Shown here one piece after another: positions 48,022 through 57,649 of a DNA stretch of 64,000 nucleotides. Made by a program: the position numbers and the translations under genes. The DNA comes from an uncultured Planctomycetia bacterium (GTDB lineage: Bacteria; Planctomycetota; GCA-002687715; DRQF01): contig CAZLGG010000004.1 in NCBI GenBank assembly GCA_964559135.1, forward strand, positions 3,447-67,446, written 5' to 3'. The notes under the pieces are model-generated. The model saw nothing but the letters and a program-made list of their open reading frames with translations. It was not told where the DNA came from and ran no database searches. Within the stretch, counting starts at the first letter, position 1, and each line of letters opens with the position of its first letter.

Positions 48022-48750
48022 TCAGTGATCGGGGTGTACGGCGCCACCGACGAACAACGTCGCAAGCAGCACGAAGACGTAGGCCTGAAGGAAAGCCACG
48101 AGGGCTTCCAACAAGCTCACGAAGAGAGCCAATCCCACCCCGCCACCGACGGCGAGGGAGTTCTTGTAGATGAATATGAGCCCCAGGAAACTCCCCAGCA
48201 CCAGGTGGCCGGCAAGCATGTTGGCCATGAGACGCACGGCCAACACGGCGTGCTTGATGCAAAAGCCCAGGACTTCGATGGGAAAGAGTATGGGGAGAAC
48301 GTAGAAAGGGACGCCGGACGGGACGAAACCCTTGATGAATCCGATGGGCCCGTTGTACCAGATGCCACCCACCACCGAGACCAGGAAGGTGCAAAACGCG
48401 AGAGCACCCGTCAGATAGATGTTCGAAGTGGATGCCCCGCCGATCACGGGAATGGGCATCATTCCCACGATGTTGAGGGTGAGGATGAACGAAAAGAGGG
48501 TCACGAAGAACGGGAGGAACGTGCGGCCGTGCTTTTCGCCCATCAAGGGATAGACGATCTCGTCACGAATGAAGTGATAGATGAGTTCGATGAAGCCCCT
48601 CAGTTTCCCCTCGGGAATCGTCTTGCTCTTGTCGACCCTCCACAACATGAGGAGAAGAATGCCCGCCGCGATCCACATGTTCCATGTGTACTTGGTGATG
48701 CCAAGAGGGCCCATGGGGTGATCCAGGACGTGATGAAAAATCAACGCCAT
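48022..48750 (-). CDS. atpB: F1Fo ATP synthase subunit a
   Basis: Conserved LAVRLMANMLAGHLVL (essential Arg) and five TM helices. Start taken at MALIFHHVLDHPMGP; the ORF is open to 48885. Confidence 0.9.
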   Translation of the reverse strand: MALIFHHVLDHPMGPLGITKYTWNMWIAAGILLLMLWRVDKSKTIPEGKLRGFIELIYHFIRDEIVYPLMGEKHGRTFLPFFVTLFSFILTLNIVGMMPIPVIGGASTSNIYLTGALAFCTFLVSVVGGIWYNGPIGFIKGFVPSGVPFYVLPILFPIEVLGFCIKHAVLAVRLMANMLAGHLVLGSFLGLIFIYKNSLAVGGGVGLALFVSLLEALVAFLQAYVFVLLATLFVGGAVHPDH

Positions 48751-48838
48751 CGGATCTTCCGCTTCACCCGAAAGAAATGGGAGAAGAATCGCGTTCACCT
48801 CGCTCCTCCGCACACCCGTTTCATCGGGTGCCAACTCG

Positions 48839-49339
48839 TCACGTTTTCGATTCCATCGAGGCTGACGGCCTCGTACCCAATCCAACCGAACGGTCGTTTT
48901 CCGGGGCAGAGGAAGGGCTCTCCGAAGCCGCTTCGGGGAATCCGCCGACTCGGGCCCGAGAATCGTTGAGCCCTTTTACTGCAAGTCCGAGCTGGACAAA
49001 ACCCAAACAGAGAAACTCGGCGGCAAATGGTCCTACGACCTCCCTCAATCCCACGCCGAAACCGGCCACGCTCACCGTCAGCGCCCCCGCCAGGAGCACC
49101 ATCTTGGTCAGCATCCCAGCCCCGAACCAGACGAAAAGTCTCGACGGGTCGTCTTGGAATCCTCTCATCACGACGAGCCACCCCCCGGTGCTCACCAGGA
49201 ACCCGCCGACCGTCCCCGCCGCCAACGCTCGCGTCGTCAGCCCGAATCCCAAAGTCGGGGCGACGACAGCTATGAGGCCGGCCAGCACGGTGCCCGCGAT
49301 GACCGAAACCAGCAGAAAGAAGATGAGAGAGCGTTTCAC
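48839..49339 (-). CDS. atpI: ATP synthase protein I (AtpI-like membrane protein)
   Basis: 166 aa. Four hydrophobic helices, located immediately upstream of atpB. Confidence 0.65.
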   Translation of the reverse strand: MKRSLIFFLLVSVIAGTVLAGLIAVVAPTLGFGLTTRALAAGTVGGFLVSTGGWLVVMRGFQDDPSRLFVWFGAGMLTKMVLLAGALTVSVAGFGVGLREVVGPFAAEFLCLGFVQLGLAVKGLNDSRARVGGFPEAASESPSSAPENDRSVGLGTRPSASMESKT

Positions 49340-49536
49340 GACTCACTGTCGTCCTTCTTCGCCTCGATGCGTTCGGCGAGCCTCAGCAAGGAGGACGTCG
49401 CCACGATCAATCCCAAAACGCCGCCGACCAGAGTCAGCCAGGGCATCGTCCCGTACCGTCCATCCGCCCACCAACCCAAATACGTGAGTAGCCCCATCTG
49501 CGCGCCGAAGGAGATCCCCACGCCGACGAACTTCAT
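49336..49536 (-). CDS. AtpZ-like small membrane protein (F0F1-ATPase-associated)
   Basis: About 66 aa from MKFVGVGISFGAQMGLLTYLGWWADGRYGTMPWLTLVGGVLGLIVATSSL (two TM helices). First gene of the atp operon. The ORF is open to 49668, and its stop overlaps the atpI start. Confidence 0.55.
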   Translation of the reverse strand: MKFVGVGISFGAQMGLLTYLGWWADGRYGTMPWLTLVGGVLGLIVATSSLLRLAERIEAKKDDSES

Positions 49537-49787
49537 GGCATCGACGCCGGCTCTTTTCGGATTCGATGGCAACAGAAGGCCCTCGCATGGCTCCCGCAGA
49601 CGGGTTTCCTGGCGGGCTGAAGCTGCGGCTGGACGCAGACCCGTCAGCGGGCGATGGCGCCTCACCAACGGGTCGCGGGATGTTAGGCATCCCGGAGGGG
49701 GGGATCAAGCCGCAGGCCCCCATCCTGGATGGGAATAAATATGAAGCCCGAGGGTCCCTTCGCCCGGGTCCTCGGCCCCCTTCTGTT

Positions 49788-50462
49788 ATGCTCCGCGTGA
49801 TGAGAATGCGCTTGGCCATCGTCACTTTCTTGCTTCTTTGGACGCCCCTCGGCTGCAGAACCGAGGAGTTGGACGTCGCTACCGCCGAGACCCGCAAGGC
49901 AGAACTCAGGAACATCGAGTCCAAAGCCGAGCACTTTCGGCGCCGAACGGAGTGGGCGAAGGCCAAGGAGTCGGAGTACCGCATCTTGGTCACCGAGGCG
50001 GAGGAGAAGCTGGCGGAGATTCGAGGGCAGCTCCTCCAACTACGACAAGACAACAACCGTCGCGCCGCCGAAGTCGCCAAACTCGTGAACGAAGGCAAAG
50101 TCCTCGATGCGGACATGGCCAAGCGCCGTCAGGATATCACGGCGAAGAAGGCCCTGATCCAGAAACTCACCCAGGAAGGGAAAGATCTGGAGAAGAGCCG
50201 CCGCGAGACCGAGGCGCGGCTGGCCGAACTGAAAGCCGCATTGCTCCGCGTCACGGAAGAGAATCGGGCGGCCTTGGAAAGGACCAAGGCGTTTTTCCAG
50301 TCGATGGGCTGGGAATTCCCGAAGCTTCCCGGCCCGGCCCCGGAGAAGCCGCCGGCCAAGAACGCTCCCCCGAAAAAGGCCCCCGTGAAAGCGGGGCCCG
50401 TCAAGACTCCCCCGGCGAAGGCAAATCCGACCAAAACGACTCCGGCTTCCAAGAAGAAGTGA
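49788..50462 (+). CDS. coiled-coil lipoprotein with Pro/Lys-rich C-terminal tail
   Basis: Lipoprotein signal MLRVMRMRLAIVTFLLLWTPLGC. About 150 aa of heptad-like coiled coil. The tail has PAKNAPPKKAPVKAGPVKTPPAKANPTK repeats. Confidence 0.55.
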   Translation: MLRVMRMRLAIVTFLLLWTPLGCRTEELDVATAETRKAELRNIESKAEHFRRRTEWAKAKESEYRILVTEAEEKLAEIRGQLLQLRQDNNRRAAEVAKLVNEGKVLDADMAKRRQDITAKKALIQKLTQEGKDLEKSRRETEARLAELKAALLRVTEENRAALERTKAFFQSMGWEFPKLPGPAPEKPPAKNAPPKKAPVKAGPVKTPPAKANPTKTTPASKKK

Positions 50463-50546
50463 CCCCTCCAAGTGGGCCGCCTTGGCCCCACGCCGTGTCT
50501 GGATAGGATCCGTCCTCCAACCTCATTCGATAGGAATCACACGACC

Positions 50547-51017
50547 ATGACCATGGAAACGACTCTTCTCATCGTGAAGCCCGACGGCGTCCAACGCGGA
50601 CTGGTGGGACGCATCCTCCAACGCTTCGAAGACAAGGGTCTTCAACTTGTCGGCCTCAAGATGATGCACATCACCGAAGACCTCGCTCATCGCCATTACG
50701 CGGCTCATAAAGAAAAGCCCTTCTTCAAGGGTCTCGTTCGTTTCATGACGTCGAGTCCTGTCGTCGTGATGGCCGTCCGGGGCGTCGGCGCCATCGAGAT
50801 CTGCCGGAAGATGATGGGAGCCACGTTCGGCAGCCGCGCCGAAGCCGGCACGATCCGCGGCGACTTCGGAGTGAGCAACAGCTTCAACCTGATTCACGGC
50901 TCCGACTCCCCGGAAGCCGCTTCCCAGGAGATCGAATTGTTCTTTGCACAGGGCGAGGTCTTCGATTTTCCCCAGGGCAACCTCGAGTGGATCTACGACG
51001 CCGCCGAGGAGCTCTGA
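50547..51017 (+). CDS. ndk: nucleoside diphosphate kinase
   Basis: 156 aa from MTMETTLLIVKPDGVQRGLVGRIL.. Active-site NLIHGSDS. The ORF is open from 50472. Confidence 0.92.
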   Translation: MTMETTLLIVKPDGVQRGLVGRILQRFEDKGLQLVGLKMMHITEDLAHRHYAAHKEKPFFKGLVRFMTSSPVVVMAVRGVGAIEICRKMMGATFGSRAEAGTIRGDFGVSNSFNLIHGSDSPEAASQEIELFFAQGEVFDFPQGNLEWIYDAAEEL

Positions 51018-51038
51018 AGCGCCCCGAAAGGGTCCCCC

Positions 51039-52502
51039 ATGACCGCCGATGAACTCGCGGTGATTCTGAGAATCCTGCAGCCGCGGGTCATGGGGGGCTT
51101 CCTCCAAAAGATTCGCGAGGTCGCTCCGCACCGGATCATTCTAGGCTTTCACCGAGGGGGTGTCGGCGCCACCCAAATCCTCGTGGACGTGACGCCAACG
51201 GCCCCGCGGGTCCAGCCCACCGAACGGAGATTTCAGGCGCCCAAGTCGGCTTCTCCGTTCTCCTTGGCTCTCCGAAAACTCCTTCTCGGCGCCCGGCTGG
51301 ACGGGCTCCGCCAAGAGCCCGGCGACCGTATCGTCCACCTTCAGTTCCTGAAAAAGGAGGACGAGCGCCTCGTCCCGCGCGATCTGGTCATCGAGGTGAT
51401 CCCTCGCCGCGCGGGCCTTTTCGTCCTGGACGATGAGGCGTGCATTCTCCTCGCCTCGTCGGCGCGCGACGACCGCCGAGGTCGACTGGTGCGAGGGGGG
51501 ACTTGGTCACCGCCTCCCCCACCGCCGTCAACAGAGGACTTGCCGGCTCCTTTCTTGGAGTTCCCCGGATGGACCGAAGAAACGCTCCTCCATCGTCTCG
51601 ACGAGAAGCTGGAGGAGGCCGACTCCGAAGACGACGTCGACATGAAGGGGTTGTCGAAGAGTCTCACGAAGGCGATCAAGCGACAGTTCAAAAGGATCTC
51701 CAAGATCGAAGCCGACGTCCGCCGCCTCGACAGCGCGAAGGACGCCTACCGCGAAGGCGAAGCTCTGAAATCGGCGCTGGGAGACATCGAGAAAGGTGCG
51801 ACGACGGCACGCGTGCGCGACTGGAGCGTCGACCCTCCTGCCTGGATCGACGTCGATCTCGATCCGAAGCTCTCCCCCATCGAGAACGTGGAGCGGATCT
51901 TCAAGGAAGCCAAGAAGCGCGAGCGCGGCCTCGCCCTCGCGGAGAAACGCCTGGAAGAGCAGCGCCTGCGCCTCCAGCACCTCCAGTCGCTCGAAGAACT
52001 GCTTGGAGACGAGAGCCCGGAGGCCAAAGAGTTGCTCTTGGAGGAGACTCGAACGCTCGGCATCGAGGTGCCCCGCGCCCGAACCCCTGCCGAAAAAAAG
52101 AGTCGGCCCGAGCCCAGGCTTCCCTACAAGACCTACCACTCCGAAGACGGGACGCCGATCTGGGTCGGACGTTCCAGCCGCGACAATGACGTCCTCACCT
52201 TCCGCCACGCCAAGGGGAATCATTGGTGGCTCCATGCGGAGGACTACCCGGGTTCCCACGTCGTCGTCCCCATTGCAGATCCCCTCCCGCCGGAGGTCCT
52301 CGTCGATGCGGCAACCTTGGCCCTCGGATACTCGAAGGCGCCCAAGGGCGGCAAACAGGGAGTGTCGTATACCCGACGCAAGCACGTGACGAAATTCAAG
52401 GGGGCCAAGCCCGGACAGGTGCTGCTCCAAGAACGAAAAACCATCCTCATCCGAATCGACGCCGACCGATGGAAACGACTGACACACCGTTCCCTCCCGT
52501 GA
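51039..52502 (+). CDS. NFACT-family protein (FbpA/RqcH-like; NFACT-N, coiled coil, NFACT-R/DUF814)
   Basis: 487 aa. N-terminal NFACT-like region, central coiled coil, C-terminal DUF814-like block YHSEDGTPIWVGRSSRDNDVLTFRHAKGNHWWLHAEDYPGSHVVV. Confidence 0.65.
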   Translation: MTADELAVILRILQPRVMGGFLQKIREVAPHRIILGFHRGGVGATQILVDVTPTAPRVQPTERRFQAPKSASPFSLALRKLLLGARLDGLRQEPGDRIVHLQFLKKEDERLVPRDLVIEVIPRRAGLFVLDDEACILLASSARDDRRGRLVRGGTWSPPPPPPSTEDLPAPFLEFPGWTEETLLHRLDEKLEEADSEDDVDMKGLSKSLTKAIKRQFKRISKIEADVRRLDSAKDAYREGEALKSALGDIEKGATTARVRDWSVDPPAWIDVDLDPKLSPIENVERIFKEAKKRERGLALAEKRLEEQRLRLQHLQSLEELLGDESPEAKELLLEETRTLGIEVPRARTPAEKKSRPEPRLPYKTYHSEDGTPIWVGRSSRDNDVLTFRHAKGNHWWLHAEDYPGSHVVVPIADPLPPEVLVDAATLALGYSKAPKGGKQGVSYTRRKHVTKFKGAKPGQVLLQERKTILIRIDADRWKRLTHRSLP

Positions 52503-52641
52503 TCTCCCGTCGCGCCTCATCCCTCGCGGGAGACGAATCAAAAGGTGCGCCCTTGGCAGCGGTCGCGAGAAATGAAACCTTGAGGGGGTCGCCGGCGAAG
52601 CCCTTCATGGCACGCCCGTCGCACGAACCAGGAAATGACTC

Positions 52642-53766
52642 ATGCAGATTCCCAGCTCCCTTGGCCTCGCTCTTACCCTCCTTCTGCTTTGCGGCTGCGG
52701 TACGGGTGGGGGGACCGACAAGAACCTCCACTACTCCGATGTCGAGAATCCCCCCACGAACGAGGGATTCCAAGGAGATGCGACCCTCTTCGCAGCCAAC
52801 GCCCAGCGATTCTATGACGCGGGGGAATATCTCGCCGCTCTCCAGCAGTTCCGTAAACAGCTCGAGAAGGATCCCACCGCCGTGGACGGTCGACTCGGCG
52901 AGGCCTACAGCCTGTACAAGCTGGGCGTCAACCTGGCCGCCCGGGGGGCGTACCACGAATCCAATCGTCGCCTCGAAGAAGCCCTCGACAACTTCGAGAA
53001 GCTGAGCGCGGAGATCCCGATGGAACGGGATACGCTCGAGGGCGATGGGTACGGGTGGAAGATTCGGCTTGGACTCGCCCTTTCCGAACGCGCACTTGGA
53101 GCGCTCGCGAAGTTGCAGTGGGATCGGATTCACAGCGCAATCCTCTCGATGAAGGATCCCACCGAGGTCGCCAAGGCTGGAGCGGCCCAGAAGGTCCTCC
53201 TCAAAAGAAGAGTGGATTACAACGAACGGGCACTGGAACACTTCCGAGAACTGGCGGCCATGGGCCACCCCGCGCCGGACGTCATCCTGAACCTCGGCGA
53301 CATGGAGTTGATCGCCGGCAACGACTCCCGCGCGGAGAGAAACTACCTCGCCTACCGTGATTTGGCCCGCCGTTCGGTTCAGTCCTGGGATCGTCGACAA
53401 CGGGAAGCTCCCGACCAGATCGAATCCAAGAACGAGCTGGAACGGGTGCTTGCGACCATCGAGGCCAAACGCCGGTCGGCCGTGGAGAAATTGGTCAAGG
53501 TGTTGGAACGTCTGGCCGAGATGAAATTCAAACGCGGCGAGTATGCGGAAGCCGCGTCTCTCCTCGAGGAAGCCCTGAAGACGCAGCCCGACCTCGTACG
53601 ACTCCACGTTCCCATGGCCGAAATCCTCGAGAAGCAAGGCGAGTATCAAGCGGCTCTCGAGCACATCGATATATACCTTCGGAGTCTCGACGAATTCGAC
53701 GAGAATGCGAAGAAGGCGGCAAAGCTGCGCTCGCAGCTTGTCGACAAAATGAAGAGCACGAACTGA
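52642..53766 (+). CDS. TPR-repeat lipoprotein
   Basis: Lipoprotein signal MQIPSSLGLALTLLLLCGCG, then multiple TPR-like helical pairs (AGEYLAALQQFRKQLEKDP.., GEYAEAASLLEEALKTQPD.., GEYQAALEHIDIYL..). Confidence 0.6.
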   Translation: MQIPSSLGLALTLLLLCGCGTGGGTDKNLHYSDVENPPTNEGFQGDATLFAANAQRFYDAGEYLAALQQFRKQLEKDPTAVDGRLGEAYSLYKLGVNLAARGAYHESNRRLEEALDNFEKLSAEIPMERDTLEGDGYGWKIRLGLALSERALGALAKLQWDRIHSAILSMKDPTEVAKAGAAQKVLLKRRVDYNERALEHFRELAAMGHPAPDVILNLGDMELIAGNDSRAERNYLAYRDLARRSVQSWDRRQREAPDQIESKNELERVLATIEAKRRSAVEKLVKVLERLAEMKFKRGEYAEAASLLEEALKTQPDLVRLHVPMAEILEKQGEYQAALEHIDIYLRSLDEFDENAKKAAKLRSQLVDKMKSTN

Positions 53767-53770
53767 ATCC

Positions 53771-54121
53771 ATGGGGATCGCCAGACGGAAACGCATTCGT
53801 TCGGGACGCGACTTTCGAGAGATCTACGCAGAAGGCCGCGTCGTGCGGAACCGCCAACTGGTGATCTACTTCAGGCCGTCACCGGCGGCCCACTCCCGGG
53901 TCGGACTCTCCGTGAGCCGACGACACGGAAACGCCGTGCGACGGAACCGAATCAAGCGCATCTTGCGAGAGGTGTTTCGCAATGCGACGGATCGCATCCC
54001 GGGGCCGTTGGACGTCATCCTCATTCCGCGCCGGGGGCCGGATGCGGAGATCTACGCCGCCAACCGAGATGCGTTCATCCACCTCATGCGCAAGGTCGCC
54101 AAGACGACGGGGGTGAAATGA
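53771..54121 (+). CDS. rnpA: ribonuclease P protein component
   Basis: 116 aa. RLRSGRDF-like N-terminus (RIRSGRDFREIY), central basic RNR motif region (NAVRRNRIKRILRE). Confidence 0.85.
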   Translation: MGIARRKRIRSGRDFREIYAEGRVVRNRQLVIYFRPSPAAHSRVGLSVSRRHGNAVRRNRIKRILREVFRNATDRIPGPLDVILIPRRGPDAEIYAANRDAFIHLMRKVAKTTGVK

Positions 54122-54375
54122 AGGTGGAATCCGTCAAGGGGCACTCCCTCCTCGGGCAGTGCGTCGCGGCGACGATGCTGCTGCCTCTCGGACTCTATCG
54201 TCTGACCCTCTCCCATATCATGCCGCCCTGTTGCCGGTTCCAGCCCTCTTGCAGCGCCTATGCCTGGGAAGCCATCCGCCGTCACGGGCCTTGGAAGGGT
54301 GGCTGGCTGACAGCCAAGCGCTTGGCTCGTTGCCAGCCGTGGGGCCCCTGCGGCGACGACCCCGTCCCCGACTGA
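54118..54375 (+). CDS. yidD: membrane protein insertion efficiency factor YidD
   Basis: 85 aa. Conserved CRFQPSCSAYAWEAIRRHGPWKGGWLTAKRLARCQPWGPCGDDPVP. Overlaps the rnpA stop. Confidence 0.88.
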   Translation: MKVESVKGHSLLGQCVAATMLLPLGLYRLTLSHIMPPCCRFQPSCSAYAWEAIRRHGPWKGGWLTAKRLARCQPWGPCGDDPVPD

Positions 54376-54390
54376 CGCCGCAAGAGGAAT

Positions 54391-54567
54391 CTCACAAAGA
54401 CGCATGGGGATGGAAGGGCGCGCGACGCAGGCTCCGCGATGTCTTTCTCCGCAGCTCCGTGCCTCTGTGAGAGATCAATCGGAACGTCAAGGACGCTCCA
54501 AGGGCTCGTCGTCCCGAATCCAGGGAGAAGGACATCTCACGGAGACGCAGAGGCACGAAGACGCGTC
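54391..54567. repeat. REP-like imperfect palindromic repeat element, copy 2 (core 54391..54473 plus extra left-arm copy 54535..54567)
   Basis: TCTCCGCAGCTCCGTGCCTCTGTGAGAG (54446..54473) matches the copy 1 right arm at about 85%. TCTCACGGAGACGCAGAGGCACGAAGACGC (54535..54567) matches the copy 1 left arm at about 80%. Lies in the yidD / PpiD-like convergent spacer. Confidence 0.5.
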
Positions 54568-54615
54568 TACCGAACGGTCTAAGACCTGTCCCCTTCGTCG
54601 TTCTGGACGGCCCTA

Positions 54616-56820
54616 CTACTTCTTGACGTCCTCGGGCTTGGACTCGTCCTTGGGGTTCTCGCTGGCGCGCTTCGCCTTCTGGATGGCCTTCTGCCTCTCC
54701 TCGAGGCGCCGCTTGCGTTCAGCTTCGAGGCGCTTGCGGCTCTCTTCCGCCTTGCGTTCGTCCTCGCGCCGTTGAGCGATCTCCTTGTCGAGTTCCGCCG
54801 CGACGAGTTTGAAATCACCATTCTTCAGGTGCTCGTAGTCCCACATCGAGGGTTTGTGCTCCGCGGCCGCATTTTTGCGTTGGAGAGCGAACTCGGCCTG
54901 AGCCAAAAGCGAGGGGCGAAGGAAGATCTCCTCGTCGGAGGGGACCTTCTTGGCTTCGAGTTTGGCAATGCCTTCGAATCCTGGATAGGCGACCGACTTC
55001 ACGGACTCGGAGACCGTCCCGGGTTCGATGAATTTGTCGGCGGCGGCCTGATCGTGAAGCACGCGGAATTCGCGACGGAGGAAACTCCGAGCCATGTCTT
55101 CGGCCGTCACCTTTTCCTTGTCGAGGACCGGCTCGCGCACGGCCTCGTAGGGGAGGAAGAAACCTTCCTCGACCACCAACGCATCCGACGCCTCGGAGAG
55201 AGCCGCATCGAAGGCCTCGCCGCGATACTTCTCCTTCTCCTCGTCGATCCGGGCCTTCGCCTCCTCGTCCTTTTGCTTTTTGATCTCTTCGATCCGGGCC
55301 TTGTCCTTCTCGGGATCGAGCCCCTGGATCTCTTCCTGGGTCTCCTTCGCGATGTCGGCCTTCACGGTGGCGGCGAAGTCTTTCACCTTCTCATCCAGGA
55401 CCTGATCCATCGCCTTTTGGAAACCCTCGATGGCCGCCGTACGCAGCTTTTCGGCCTCCTTGGCTTCGAAATCCTTCGCGACATCGTCGCGGACGGCATT
55501 CAACACCGGAATAGGACTCAAATCCTTGTCCACGAGGCGCCAGATCGACCCGTGCTTTCCGACGACGTCGACCACCCCCTGATCGAAGGGATCGGTCTCA
55601 GGAGTGACCACGTTGCGCATCGTCAAGAGCGTGCCCGGCTTCAGTCCCTGAAGCTGGAACGGATAGGTTCCGGGCACGTCGGGATGGTTGGTGAGGTCCT
55701 GAAGGGTCACCTTGCTGAACTTGAAATAGGAGAGATTGTTTTTCTTGGCGACGGCCGCGAGGTCGATCGGCTTTCCGGCCGCACTCGTCTTCACGAGTTC
55801 ATCGTGGACCTTCTTGAGCAGCTCGAGGATCTTCCACTCCTCGATGAATCGCTGCTTGCGCTTCTCGAAAACCTCGTCGATGTCGGCATCTTTGTCGATT
55901 CCATACTCTTCCCGGTGGCGATCGGCGCGACCCTTCAACTTGGCCAGAACGGCGTCGTCCGGTTCGAACTCCTGGGTGAGTTCCTCCAAGGACGTCTTGC
56001 TGATGGGATTGACCTTTTTGAAATCGTCGTCGAGAACCGCGTCGTCCTTATACTTGTCCTTCCCGAAGAGAAAGCCCACGTACTCGGCCGTCAAGAGCGC
56101 GCCTCCCTTGTGGAAACGTTTTTTCTCATCGTCGGTGAGGCTTTTCCAATACTCTTCGAGCTTCGCCAAGGATTCGGCCGAGTCATCGCCATTCTCGTCC
56201 TTTTCGAGCTTGCTCTTTGCTTCGAACGTGGCGGGATCGAAGATGACACCCTTGAGTTTGATCTTCTGAAACTGTTTCTGGTACTGCTCGAAGATCTCTT
56301 GGCTCGAGAGGAGTCCGATGGCCCGATCGATCTCGCGCATGAGCTTCGCCAGGCGAGCGTCCTCACGGAGCGCCGCTTCGAAAGAAGAGGGAGTCCGGCG
56401 ATAGACTCTGTTGCAGAACTGGATGTAGGCCTGAGGATCGAACTTCCCGTCGTTGGCCTGGGCGATCGTCTCCCGCACTTCCTTGTCCAGGATCTCCTGG
56501 AATTCCTCCTCACTGAGATGGATGCCGGCCGCGTCGACCAGTCGCTCTCGGATGAGACGGGCCAGCAGATTGGCTTGGCGCTCCTCGAGGTCCTCCGTCG
56601 AGCCACCGAGAGAACCGCTCGCATAGAGGTCGCGTCGTGTGATCTCGTGCTTTTCCCCATCGACGACGAACGAGGCCACGACCTCCTTCGCCTTGATTTC
56701 GTCCTTGGAAGGGCCTTGGACCCACTGGACGACGAAAACCCAGACACCGAACCCGGCCATCGCGAACAAGACGGCGATCAGGATGGGAGTTCGGTACTTC
56801 TCCATGAATTGGAAGATCAT
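54616..56820 (-). CDS. membrane-anchored periplasmic chaperone, SurA-N/PpiD-like (low-complexity Lys/Glu-rich)
   Basis: 734 aa. N-terminal signal-anchor TPILIAVLFAMAGFGVWVFVV, then a long helical region with a chaperone-like SurA_N-type start (..ASFVVDGEKHEITRRDLY..). Extreme K/E-rich C-terminus. No parvulin catalytic motif seen. The assignment is tentative. Confidence 0.45.
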   Translation of the reverse strand: MIFQFMEKYRTPILIAVLFAMAGFGVWVFVVQWVQGPSKDEIKAKEVVASFVVDGEKHEITRRDLYASGSLGGSTEDLEERQANLLARLIRERLVDAAGIHLSEEEFQEILDKEVRETIAQANDGKFDPQAYIQFCNRVYRRTPSSFEAALREDARLAKLMREIDRAIGLLSSQEIFEQYQKQFQKIKLKGVIFDPATFEAKSKLEKDENGDDSAESLAKLEEYWKSLTDDEKKRFHKGGALLTAEYVGFLFGKDKYKDDAVLDDDFKKVNPISKTSLEELTQEFEPDDAVLAKLKGRADRHREEYGIDKDADIDEVFEKRKQRFIEEWKILELLKKVHDELVKTSAAGKPIDLAAVAKKNNLSYFKFSKVTLQDLTNHPDVPGTYPFQLQGLKPGTLLTMRNVVTPETDPFDQGVVDVVGKHGSIWRLVDKDLSPIPVLNAVRDDVAKDFEAKEAEKLRTAAIEGFQKAMDQVLDEKVKDFAATVKADIAKETQEEIQGLDPEKDKARIEEIKKQKDEEAKARIDEEKEKYRGEAFDAALSEASDALVVEEGFFLPYEAVREPVLDKEKVTAEDMARSFLRREFRVLHDQAAADKFIEPGTVSESVKSVAYPGFEGIAKLEAKKVPSDEEIFLRPSLLAQAEFALQRKNAAAEHKPSMWDYEHLKNGDFKLVAAELDKEIAQRREDERKAEESRKRLEAERKRRLEERQKAIQKAKRASENPKDESKPEDVKK

Positions 56821-57019
56821 GGACGTGCTTCCTCTTTTTCTGTGGACCGTGGGAAACGGGGTCGACGGACCCGTCCCGAAGTCCTCTTATCGGCGAAGGT
56901 TGCGGATTATAAGCGTAGGCATCGATCGGACAAGGAAAACCCCGGAGACTCCGGTGGAAGCCTGGGCACGGAAATCATTTATACACAATGGCTTATGCCC
57001 GCCTCCGCGAGGCCCGGGT

Positions 57020-57613
57020 TCAGAGATCTCGGCCGCGCGGCAAGTCCTTGAGGTTCTTGAGCCCGAAATGCTCGAGAAAACGACGGGTGGTGCCGTACTG
57101 AAACGGGCGCCCGGGGAGGTCCACTCGTCCCACCACCTTCACCATCTTGCGATCCATGAGGTTGCGAATCAGTTGACCGGACCCCACGCCGCGGATGGCG
57201 TCCACCTCGGCGCGGGTGATGGGCTGCTTGTAAGCGATGATCGCGAGAGTCTCCAACCCGGCAGCGGTGATACGTTCCTCGGTCCGGGTCCGTCCAAGCT
57301 TCTGCACCCATTCCCAAAGCTCCTCGCGAGAGACGATCTGAAAACCACCGGAGACCTCCTGAAGAAGGATGCCCGAGCCCTCGGCCTCATAGCGCTCCTG
57401 CAGCGCGGACAGGGCGGCACGGATCTCGTCGTTCGGGACGTCGTCATCCGGGAGAATCTTGCGAAGCGCTCGGAAGGTCAAGACGTCGGGGGAAGCGAAG
57501 AGCAAGGCCTCCACGACGGCGCGGACACGGGCCGCGGGCCAGGGTTGGGACTCCTCAACGTCCCGCGCTTCGTTTTCGGTGGATTCGGCTGATGCGTCAC
57601 TCATGGCGAACAT
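57020..57613 (-). CDS. scpB: segregation and condensation protein B
   Basis: 197 aa. Tandem winged-helix ScpB signature VVEALLFASPDVLTFRAL.. and GLETLAIIAYKQPITRAEVDAIRGV. Confidence 0.85.
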   Translation of the reverse strand: MFAMSDASAESTENEARDVEESQPWPAARVRAVVEALLFASPDVLTFRALRKILPDDDVPNDEIRAALSALQERYEAEGSGILLQEVSGGFQIVSREELWEWVQKLGRTRTEERITAAGLETLAIIAYKQPITRAEVDAIRGVGSGQLIRNLMDRKMVKVVGRVDLPGRPFQYGTTRRFLEHFGLKNLKDLPRGRDL

Positions 57614-57649
57614 TGTACCGGAACGGGGGTCACTGTCCGTCCCACCATC

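Noticed and set aside
52503-52641. Hairpin CTCCCGTCGCG..CGCGGGAG after the NFACT gene as a terminator
   Set aside because: The stem contains a bulge and is not followed by a U-tract. Left as an unscored observation.
56821-57019. Possible tRNA or structured RNA in the 200-bp spacer upstream of the PpiD-like gene
   Set aside because: No cloverleaf-compatible acceptor/T-arm arrangement was found. Only a short hairpin (CCGGAGACTCCGG) and an AT-rich TATAAA box on the minus strand, about 140 nt upstream of the PpiD-like start, which may be part of its promoter.
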